A model generated the notes under the pieces. That model was not told the DNA's origin. It saw nothing but the letters and a program-made list of their open reading frames with translations, and did not search any database. 64,000 nucleotides of DNA from contig JAQTTB010000001.1 in the NCBI GenBank assembly GCA_028710985.1, positions 231,397-295,396 of the forward strand. The letters run 5' to 3'. This document shows, piece by piece, positions 56,195 through 64,000 of the stretch. The DNA comes from Patescibacteria group bacterium (GTDB lineage Bacteria > Patescibacteriota > Patescibacteriia > JAHJFT01). A program made the position numbers and the translations under genes. Numbering within the stretch: the stretch's first letter is position 1; each line of letters opens with the position of its first letter.

Positions 56195-57475
56195 TTATCT
56201 GATATACGAGAGCGGATTGTATTTCGCGCCGTTGATGATTACCTCAAGATGAATATGCGGACCGGTTGACCGGCCGGTTGAACCAACAAGCCCGACGGTC
56301 TGGCCGCGCGAAACCTTGTCGCCCGGCTTTACATATATTTTGGACGCGTGGCCGTAGCGCGTCATCATGCCGTTGCCGTGATTAATGTCAATGCAATTGC
56401 CATAACCAACATACCAGCCGGCGCGCGTTACGGTACCAGCTTCAGCCGCGTAAATCGGTTCGCCGAGCGGCACCGCGATATCCAAGCCGCTGTGGCCCCA
56501 ATGATAATATTGCGAGATGCGGTGGCCGATCGTCGGCCAGAGCAGGCGCGTCCTTGATTGCGAAGTGCTCCCGGGCGGCGGGTTGCTGCCAAAAATCGTG
56601 CTGACCGGCGCGGTATAGCTCGGCCGCGGAGCAGCCGGCATGATTCCGCCGGGCACCACAATCTTTTCACTCACGCGCAAATCACTCGCGCTCGCGAGCT
56701 TATTGAATTCAATAATCTTCTCGGACTCGGATTTATATTTCTTCGCGATGCCGGCGACCGTCTCCCCGCTCTTCACGGTATGCAAAACGCCGGACGTCGG
56801 CAAGATCGTTAACTTGCCGCCCGGATGAATGAAGCTGCCGGCCGAAAGGCTGTTCGCCCAAAGCAGGGTATTCAAACTGATGTTAAACTTTTCGGCAATC
56901 AAATTCAGGGTGTCTCCATCTTCAACTATATATTCTTCCACACTCGTGCGCGGCGCGACCGATTCTCCGCCCTCTGGAATTGACGGCTGAATCACCGCGT
57001 TGCCTTCGCCCACGGTCTGAATCAAGCCGTAGTCCGGCTCTTCGTTATAATCAACCTGCGGCAGAACCGCAAGCGCATCGCCGGCGCCGTAACTTTTTTC
57101 CTGCTGTATGAGCTCGAGATCCAGGGTTTCTTCGGTAAGCTCCAAATCCTCATTGCCAACAATAGAATATAATAGGCTGCCCTCGCCGAATGTTTCGGTA
57201 CGAACCTCATACGCGTTCAGGCTACTCACGCTCGTAAAAATCGCAATAAGCGCCACCGCTATATGGATTGTATAGCGATTGGTAAAAATATACATGAAGG
57301 TATTCTTGGCCGGAAGCGCCAGTCCGCCGGCAAAAGAACGCGACTGCCGAAATGCGCGAAAACCGAGCAAAATAAAAACCCTGAGGATTTTTTGTCCAAT
57401 GATGCGAATCGGCGCGAACGCGGCTCTTGCAATGCCTCCCATGCCGCAAAGCGCGATTCCGACAACCTTGTACAA
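56195..57475 (-). CDS. LysM x2 + M23 peptidase (start uncertain)
   Basis: YIVEDGDTL..IA.KF, HTVKSGET; HSGLDI, YGHAS, GRSTGPHIHLE. Confidence 0.92.
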   Translation of the reverse strand: MYKVVGIALCGMGGIARAAFAPIRIIGQKILRVFILLGFRAFRQSRSFAGGLALPAKNTFMYIFTNRYTIHIAVALIAIFTSVSSLNAYEVRTETFGEGSLLYSIVGNEDLELTEETLDLELIQQEKSYGAGDALAVLPQVDYNEEPDYGLIQTVGEGNAVIQPSIPEGGESVAPRTSVEEYIVEDGDTLNLIAEKFNISLNTLLWANSLSAGSFIHPGGKLTILPTSGVLHTVKSGETVAGIAKKYKSESEKIIEFNKLASASDLRVSEKIVVPGGIMPAAPRPSYTAPVSTIFGSNPPPGSTSQSRTRLLWPTIGHRISQYYHWGHSGLDIAVPLGEPIYAAEAGTVTRAGWYVGYGNCIDINHGNGMMTRYGHASKIYVKPGDKVSRGQTVGLVGSTGRSTGPHIHLEVIINGAKYNPLSYIR

Positions 57476-57794
57476 CCCCAGGAATGTCTGAACAGTGAAT
57501 TTTTTTATTGCTATTTTTATATGGACCTCGAATTTTTCCGCACTCCAAGCAATTTTCCCTAGAATTAGCCAAAAAATCGTAAAAATTGCTCTAAAAGCCG
57601 GAAAATTAGCTCAAATGAGCTTAATTATTCTTACATTCAAAAACCTTATTTGACGTTCAAGATAATACCATATTTTGGGAAAATTGTCAACCCTCCGGCC
57701 GACTTCTGTGCAAACGCCGGATTGACAAAACCGCACCAAAAAACTATGATATATTTCGCTAAGATTTAATAAATTTCTCTTTAATTATACACCT

Positions 57795-59798
57795 ATGTCT
57801 GTCCCACTCCTAGTTTCGATTCTCGCGCCAATTGTCGCCATTATCTACGGCTGCATTCTCATCGGCTGGATCCTTAAACTCCCCCAAGGCGACGGTAAAA
57901 TGAAGGGTATTGCCCTGGCAATCCAGGAAGGCGCCCGCGCCTATTTAAACCGCCAATATAAGGTAATCGCCGCCATTGGCGCGGTGATTTTTGTCCTGCT
58001 CTGGATCGGGCTCGGCGCCAAGGTCGCGCTCGGCTTCATGGTCGGCGCCGCGCTTTCGGCCGCTGCCGGCTATATCGGCATGAACGTTTCGGTTCGCGCC
58101 AATGTCCGCACCGCCGAAGCCGCGAAGCGCGGCATGTCCGCCGCCCTTCAGGTAGCGGTCCGCGGTGGCTCAGTCACCGGCCTTCTCGTAGTCGGGCTCG
58201 CGCTTTTGGGCGTTGCCGTATTTTTTGCCGCAACCGGCGATCTCAAGGCCCTGATTGGGCTCGGATTTGGCGGCAGTTTAATTTCCGTGTTTGCCCGCCT
58301 CGGCGGCGGCATCTATACAAAAGCCGCGGATGTGGGCGCCGACTTAGTGGGAAAAGTTGAAGCCGGCATACCGGAAGACGATCCCCGAAATCCGGCCGTG
58401 ATTGCCGACAACGTCGGCGATAATGTCGGCGACTGCGCCGGCATGGCGGCCGATCTTTTTGAAACTTACGCCGTTACCGCGGTTGCCGCCATGCTTCTCG
58501 GCTCCTTGCTTTTCCCCACCTCGCCGAACATTGTTCTCTATCCGCTTGTGATCGGCGCGGTTTCCATCATCGCCTCAATCATCGGCACATTCGCCATCCG
58601 CCTCGGCAAAAGCCAGAACATCATGGCCGCGCTTTATCGCGGGCTCGCGGTTGCCGGAGTCGTTGCCGCCGCTGCTTTCTACCCGGTCACCCGCTGGATG
58701 CTTGCCTCAAGCTTCAACGATCCGGCGGAAATCAATAATATATTTTTCGCTTCGCTCATCGGGCTTGCAGTGACCGCGCTCATGGTTATCATTACCGATT
58801 ATTACACATCAACAAAATATAATCCCGTGAAAAAAATCGCCAAGGCAAGCGAGACCGGCCATGGCACAAACATCATCGCCGGACTCGGCATCGGCATGAA
58901 ATCAACCGCCCTGCCGGTGATTGTCATCGCCCTGGGCATCTGGGCTGCTTTTGCCTTTGCCGGGCTCTACGGCATCGCCATTGCCGCGATGAGCATGCTT
59001 TCCCTCACCGGAATTATTATTGCAATTGATGCCTACGGCCCGATTACGGATAATGCCGGCGGCATCGCCGAAATGGCCGAACTGCCGGAAGAGGTTCGCA
59101 ATATCACCGATCCGCTTGATGCGGTCGGCAACACCACCAAGGCCGTGACCAAGGGATACGCCATTGGTTCGGCCGGACTGGCCGCGCTCGTGCTCTTTGC
59201 CGCATACGCCGAAGAGCTCACCACCGGCGGACGCGAATTCCTGTTCCAGCTCTCCGATTACCGCGTGATCATCGGCCTCTTTATCGGCGGACTCCTGCCG
59301 TATCTTTTCGGCGCCTTTGCCATGGAGGCCGTGGGTAAAACCGCGGGCAAGGTAGTTGAAGAAGTTCGCCGCCAGTTCCGCGAAATCAAAGGCATTATGG
59401 AAGGAACGGCCAAACCCGATTACGCAAAATGCGTTGATATCGTGACCCGCGGCGCCCTGCGCCAGATGATTGTGCCGGCTCTGATTCCGGTTCTCGCGCC
59501 GATTGTCATCGGATTTGTTCTCGGACCCGAAGCCTTGGGCGGACTCTTGATCGGCTCAATCGTCACCGGCCTTTTTATCGCCATTTCCATGACCACCGGC
59601 GGCGCGGCCTGGGACAACGCAAAAAAATATATTGAAAAAGGAAACTACGGCGGCAAAGGCTCGCTCGCCCATCAGGCGGCCGTCACCGGCGACACGGTCG
59701 GCGACCCGTACAAAGACACCGCCGGCCCGGCCATCAACCCGATGATTAAGATACTGAACATCGTCGCGCTTCTCATCATCGGATTCATGGTGAAATAA
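57795..59798 (+). CDS. hppA: membrane H+-translocating pyrophosphatase, K+-independent type
   Basis: [35 protein letters not shown] (Lys variant), [10 protein letters not shown]. Confidence 0.94.
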   Translation: MSVPLLVSILAPIVAIIYGCILIGWILKLPQGDGKMKGIALAIQEGARAYLNRQYKVIAAIGAVIFVLLWIGLGAKVALGFMVGAALSAAAGYIGMNVSVRANVRTAEAAKRGMSAALQVAVRGGSVTGLLVVGLALLGVAVFFAATGDLKALIGLGFGGSLISVFARLGGGIYTKAADVGADLVGKVEAGIPEDDPRNPAVIADNVGDNVGDCAGMAADLFETYAVTAVAAMLLGSLLFPTSPNIVLYPLVIGAVSIIASIIGTFAIRLGKSQNIMAALYRGLAVAGVVAAAAFYPVTRWMLASSFNDPAEINNIFFASLIGLAVTALMVIITDYYTSTKYNPVKKIAKASETGHGTNIIAGLGIGMKSTALPVIVIALGIWAAFAFAGLYGIAIAAMSMLSLTGIIIAIDAYGPITDNAGGIAEMAELPEEVRNITDPLDAVGNTTKAVTKGYAIGSAGLAALVLFAAYAEELTTGGREFLFQLSDYRVIIGLFIGGLLPYLFGAFAMEAVGKTAGKVVEEVRRQFREIKGIMEGTAKPDYAKCVDIVTRGALRQMIVPALIPVLAPIVIGFVLGPEALGGLLIGSIVTGLFIAISMTTGGAAWDNAKKYIEKGNYGGKGSLAHQAAVTGDTVGDPYKDTAGPAINPMIKILNIVALLIIGFMVK

Positions 59799-59811
59799 AA
59801 ATAATAAAAAT

Positions 59812-59841
59812 AACCGCTCCATAATACCGGGGCGGTTTTTT
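59812..59841 (+). terminator. intrinsic terminator
   Basis: AACCGCTCC..GGGGCGGTTTTTT. Confidence 0.7.
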
Positions 59842-59911
59842 GTTAATCGTGTACTTTCATAAAACAAGCTTTTAGTGTTAAAATATGGCTGTATTCCATA
59901 AATTAATACAA

Positions 59912-60151
59912 ATGAAAAACAGACTTATATTCATAATTAAACTGGTTTTATCAGCATTTCTTTCCCTGATATGGTTTTTTCTCATTCAGGGAGAATATGA
60001 AATGATTACAAAACCCGAGCTGCAAAATGATTTCCCGATCATTAAGGGTGTTTATGCGGTTTACTTTCTTGGCTTTATTTTATTCGCCATCGGCGGAATT
60101 ATTGTTTATTTATTATTTTCAATCAAAAAAAATAAAATATGGAAGAAATAA
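59912..60151 (+). CDS. small 2-TM protein
   Basis: Two hydrophobic segments; overlaps the start of the HD gene. Confidence 0.5.
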   Translation: MKNRLIFIIKLVLSAFLSLIWFFLIQGEYEMITKPELQNDFPIIKGVYAVYFLGFILFAIGGIIVYLLFSIKKNKIWKK

Positions 60152-60825
60152 TTTTTCAAAAATTAAAAGACGCGGCGGAAAAAGAAATCTCAAATATGAC
60201 GGACCCTTCGCACGACATGGGCCATGTCCTGCGAGTATATAATCTCGCCCTGACTATCGCGAAAAATGAAAGTGCGGTTGACTTGGACGTTTTGCAAGCC
60301 GCGGCGCTCCTGCACGATATCGGCGGATACAAAGAGCTCAACGACCCGAGCGGCAATACCGATCACGCAATAGTCAGCGCGGAAATGGCCGTACCGATTC
60401 TAAAAAACCTGAGTTTTTCCGCCGAAAAAATCAAGCATGCGCAGGACTGCATTATTTCCCATCGCTACAAAACCGAACACAAACCCCAAACCATTGAAGC
60501 CAAAATACTATTTGACGCCGACAAACTTGATGCCACCGGCGCGATCGGCATGGCGCGCGGATTTACCTGGGTTGGAAAAAATAATGCAAATATTTTTAAA
60601 AAAGTTGATATCAACGAATATATTAAAGAAAACATGGGCGGCAAAATAAACGGCCGGATTCATGACAAAACCAAACACAGTCCGCAGATTGAATTTGAAA
60701 CAAAACATAAATTTTTAATTGACAAACTATTCACTCAAACCGCGAAAAATATCTGCAGTGAGAGAATAACATATATGAAAAATTTTTATGGCCGCCTGGA
60801 ACGTGAAATAAACGGCGAGCTGTAG
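60139..60825 (+). CDS. HD-domain phosphohydrolase
   Basis: SHDMGHVLRV, AALLHDIG, SHR, DADKLDA.GAIG. Confidence 0.9.
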   Translation: MEEIIFQKLKDAAEKEISNMTDPSHDMGHVLRVYNLALTIAKNESAVDLDVLQAAALLHDIGGYKELNDPSGNTDHAIVSAEMAVPILKNLSFSAEKIKHAQDCIISHRYKTEHKPQTIEAKILFDADKLDATGAIGMARGFTWVGKNNANIFKKVDINEYIKENMGGKINGRIHDKTKHSPQIEFETKHKFLIDKLFTQTAKNICSERITYMKNFYGRLEREINGEL

Positions 60826-60852
60826 AAATATTGTTTCGCTAACAACATTTCT

Positions 60853-61060
60853 ACCCGCGCCTCCTCCAATGGATCCGCCTCCGGCGGAAAAGCCGCGGGT
60901 TTTATTTTATTAGAAGCCCGCTTACCCTGTAATCTTGTCTCGGGGTAAGCGGGCAATATGAATAAATATGTCGGCGGAGCCCTGCCTGCCGGCAGGCAGG
61001 CGACTCTTCTTCTAAAAAACCCGCCCAGATGCCCTGCACTAAAAGCGCAGGGTCGGGTTT
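60853..61060. repeat. intergenic hairpin cluster including CCTGCCTGCCGGCAGGCAGG (60981-61000) and TCCGCCTCCGGCGGA (60874-60888)
   Basis: Direct reading. Confidence 0.7.
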
Positions 61061-61128
61061 ATGGCTTGACGCTCAATAAGAATAGTTGATATATTATTAG
61101 CATAACAAAGCTAAATTTAACCAAATAT

Positions 61129-62634
61129 ATGGCATTTTCAGAACGACTTGCCGCCATGAAATCCAAACAAGAAGCCGCCGATCAAGCCAAGGCGGAAGCC
61201 GAACAGGCTAAAAAACAGGAGGCCGAACGCGCCGCTCAAGCGGAAAAAGAATCAAAAAAGGGCGAACTCTCGGCCGATCGTGAACGCGTTGGCGCCGAAC
61301 TTGCGAGTGCCGAAGTCGAAGCCCAAGGAGCTGACACCGCCGTGGCTGAAGCCGAAACATTTGCCGCCGAGCAGGGCGAGAACTTGGATGCCGAAGCCAA
61401 GGCGGAAATTGACGCCATCAAGCAAGAAGCCGCCGCGGCCAAAGAAAAATTTGAAAATCTCAAAGCCGAAGCTGCGCGGATTGACGCCGAACTTTCGACG
61501 CTTGAAAGCGGCGAACCCGTACCGGCCGAAACCGTGACCGAAACCCCAGCCGCCGAAGCATCCGTCGAGGCACCGGTCGAAGCGCCAGCCGCAGAAAAAC
61601 CCTTGGAAACACCCGCTGAAGCGCAAAAAACGGAAAAATTTTTTGGTGCAGATGATATTAAAGAATACCTCGCAAAATTTTCGCTTGATGAAGTCTACGG
61701 TGTTGAATCCATGGCGCGAGGATTAGAGAATATACCCAAAAAACAAAAGGCTAAAATAACGACTGAAGGTCTTACGGAGTTGCAGAATGTACAGGCCAAA
61801 ATGGCAGAGAATCCAAAATTTCAAGAACAGAGTAAACGGCTTAGCGAGGTTATCAACGGAATGGAACATTACTTGAACCTGCGGGACAATCCCAAATATT
61901 TAAAGGAAGCGGCGCAGATTGTTATTGAAAAAATGAAGACCGGGAATGTATCTATGCAGCGCGATGGTCGTAGAAATCTAAGTAGACTTATTGATGATTC
62001 TCAAGCCGTCGGACCGGTAGCAATGGCGCGTTTGACCGAAGCGCTCGAAACGCAACCTCTTGACATAGTCAAGGAAAAGAAAACAGAAAAACAAAAACAG
62101 CGCGACGAAGTGTCTAAAATACGAGGGGAAGCGCTTCCCAAGGTTGACTATTTTCAAACTGAAGGATTCCATGACATCCCAAAATTAGCCGCGGCCATTG
62201 AAACCGTGGACCCACAAAAAGCTGATAAGTATCATGAATTTTTTGTTAATGGCTTAGTGGATTCGTTAAAAGACAAAAAGCCGGCCGAGGTGCGCGTAGA
62301 TTTATTCGCTCGAGGAGATAGGGATTCGGTCGTAGAAGAACTTGGCACTTTGCTTAAGCGCATGGATAAAGGGGAGGGATTTTCACCGGATCTTGAAAAA
62401 GCTATCGCGCAACTCCTACCAATATTAGAGGCTAGCGACAAGATTGAAGAGGTAAAATTTCCTCAAAGCGGAAAATGGGCAAAAGTTAAAGGCACATCCG
62501 AATTTCTAACTGATCCTTTTCTTTTTCGCTCGCTAGACCGCGGCGGTACCGAAGAAGATGAAATGAATAAACAAGCGATAGATAGGGTCCGAAAAACTCT
62601 GAACGAAATAAAAGCGAAGAATGGAACGGCATAA
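61129..62634 (+). CDS. hypothetical protein with Ala/Glu-rich coiled-coil N-terminus
   Basis: 501-aa ORF; promoter-like TTGACG..TATATT upstream. Confidence 0.75.
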   Translation: MAFSERLAAMKSKQEAADQAKAEAEQAKKQEAERAAQAEKESKKGELSADRERVGAELASAEVEAQGADTAVAEAETFAAEQGENLDAEAKAEIDAIKQEAAAAKEKFENLKAEAARIDAELSTLESGEPVPAETVTETPAAEASVEAPVEAPAAEKPLETPAEAQKTEKFFGADDIKEYLAKFSLDEVYGVESMARGLENIPKKQKAKITTEGLTELQNVQAKMAENPKFQEQSKRLSEVINGMEHYLNLRDNPKYLKEAAQIVIEKMKTGNVSMQRDGRRNLSRLIDDSQAVGPVAMARLTEALETQPLDIVKEKKTEKQKQRDEVSKIRGEALPKVDYFQTEGFHDIPKLAAAIETVDPQKADKYHEFFVNGLVDSLKDKKPAEVRVDLFARGDRDSVVEELGTLLKRMDKGEGFSPDLEKAIAQLLPILEASDKIEEVKFPQSGKWAKVKGTSEFLTDPFLFRSLDRGGTEEDEMNKQAIDRVRKTLNEIKAKNGTA

Positions 62635-62688
62635 TAACTAAAATATTAAAAAAACTTAGAAGAATTTTTCTAAGTTTTTTTAATATAG

Positions 62689-62880
62689 TTATGTCAGGCC
62701 GATCTGCTTCCTGATCTTTTCAATCTCCCGCTGGTCGCGGCTTGCCATACCGTCTTCCCTCACTTTTCGCGATCTTTTCTTGAGGTCGCGTAACTTTGCC
62801 TGAAGCGAGATTAACTCCGTCTCTATTCCTAGAAGTCTTTTGCGGTATTCTTCGCGTTTTTTCGCGGTCATTTTTGCCAT
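62689..62880 (-). CDS. small basic coiled-coil hypothetical protein
   Basis: 63-aa ORF between a bidirectional terminator (62643-62686) and a divergent promoter. Confidence 0.5.
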   Translation of the reverse strand: MAKMTAKKREEYRKRLLGIETELISLQAKLRDLKKRSRKVREDGMASRDQREIEKIRKQIGLT

Positions 62881-62960
62881 ATACGCCTAGTATATCATAT
62901 TTTCCGAATTTCCGGACAGCAATTGACGGTTTTCGTATTTTCGGCTATACTCCACCCAAT

Positions 62961-64000
62961 ATGCCATACACATTTCAAAAACTTCCAAAATCATGCGCTG
63001 AATTTTCATTCACCATTCCGGTTGACGAAATCCAGCCGTTTTTAATACAGGCGGCCGAACGGCTCTCGCAAAAATCAACCATCCCCGGCTTCCGCCCGGG
63101 CAAAGCGCCCTACGACATGATCATGAAGCGCTTTGGCGAAATGGCGATCTGGGAAGAGGCGCTTGAACACATCGTGCGCAAACATTACGCCAACGCGCTC
63201 GCGGCCGAAAGCCTGGAGACCATCGGTTCGCCGGAAATCAACGTGGAAAAGCTCGCGCCCGGCAATCCGCTTGCCTTCAAAATTAAAACTTCCCTCGTCC
63301 CGGAGATTGATAAGCTCGCGGACTATTCCGTAAAAAAATTTGACCGCAAAACCCCGGAGATTGAGGACAAAAAAATTGATAAAGTGATTGAAGACGTCCG
63401 TAAAATGCAGACCAAGGAAAAATTGGTTGACCGCCCGGCCACCGCCGCCGACAAAGTCGTGATTGAAATGGAAATGACGCAGAACGGCGTCATTATGGAG
63501 GGCGGCAAGAGCCCGAATTTCCAGGTCTACCTCGCCGAGGAAAATTACATACCCGGCCTGACCCGGGAACTTGTGGGATTAAAATCCGGCGATGAAAAAA
63601 AATTCACCTTAAAATTTCCGGACCAGCATTTTCAAAAAAGCATGCAGGGAAAAAATGTTGATTTCCGCGTCAAAGCGACTGGAGTATACGAACTCGAACC
63701 CCCGGAGATTAACGACGAATTCGCAAAAACCATGGGCCAGCCCGATCTCGCGGCAATGAAAAAACTCATCCGCGAGAATCTCGTGAACGAAGCCGCGGAA
63801 GAAGAAGAGCGCCGGCTTGAACGCGCCATCTTTGACGATCTGATCTCCGCGAGCCGCTTCGGCGACATGCCCGACTTGCTGGTGAACGAGGAAATCAACA
63901 AAATGCTTCACGAGCTTGAACACAATGCCGAGCACCAGGGCATGAAGTTTGAAGACTATCTCGCGAGCATCAAAAAAACCGTCGCCGACCTCAAAATTGA
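62961..64000 (+). CDS. tig: trigger factor, runs off the right edge
   Basis: Manual translation: MPYTFQKLPKS..IPGFRPGKAP..YIPGL..L.G.K.G..K.F.LKFP..ND.FAK. Confidence 0.93.
   Translation, partial: MPYTFQKLPKSCAEFSFTIPVDEIQPFLIQAAERLSQKSTIPGFRPGKAPYDMIMKRFGEMAIWEEALEHIVRKHYANALAAESLETIGSPEINVEKLAPGNPLAFKIKTSLVPEIDKLADYSVKKFDRKTPEIEDKKIDKVIEDVRKMQTKEKLVDRPATAADKVVIEMEMTQNGVIMEGGKSPNFQVYLAEENYIPGLTRELVGLKSGDEKKFTLKFPDQHFQKSMQGKNVDFRVKATGVYELEPPEINDEFAKTMGQPDLAAMKKLIRENLVNEAAEEEERRLERAIFDDLISASRFGDMPDLLVNEEINKMLHELEHNAEHQGMKFEDYLASIKKTVADLKI

Noticed and set aside
1-64000. Alternative genetic code (UGA=Gly) as in some CPR lineages
   Set aside because: Conserved genes are full length under code 11 and several end cleanly at TGA.

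Overview
The window looks like chromosomal DNA from a Patescibacteria/CPR (Parcubacteria-like) bacterium. This is inferred from a tandem array of six VirB2/TrbC-type pilins, type-2 IleRS, a K+-independent membrane PPase and AT-rich leaders without SD on core genes; the standard code is used (TGA = stop). Housekeeping genes include ileS, an rpiB-rpe fusion, galU, pgi/pmi, iscS/iscU, gpsA, a Xer-like recombinase, rpsO, pnp, a dksA-like gene, lspA, comM, hppA and tig. tRNA genes are Ser-CGA, His-GTG, Arg-TCT and Arg-CCT. An AT-richer defence island follows tRNA-Ser: XRE regulator, EcoRI-family MTase, DUF262-HNH and an RloC-like ABC ATPase. The most unusual signal is non-coding. A family of 15-70 nt GC-rich hairpin elements is inserted into tRNA fragments, heptamer arrays and genes. 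One copy splits a tRNA-Arg(TCT) inside its anticodon and carries a complete second tRNA-Arg(TCT) in its loop; another appears to have created the RpiB-Rpe fusion by frameshift. Two short GIY-YIG genes each lie between a hairpin-interrupted tRNA 5' fragment and an intact tRNA. A four-helix-bundle gene is bracketed by inverted heptamer arrays. A ~335-nt structured ORF-free unit with its own promoter and DnaA-like boxes lies upstream of the dksA-like gene. All family assignments are by motif recognition only; no database searches were run.
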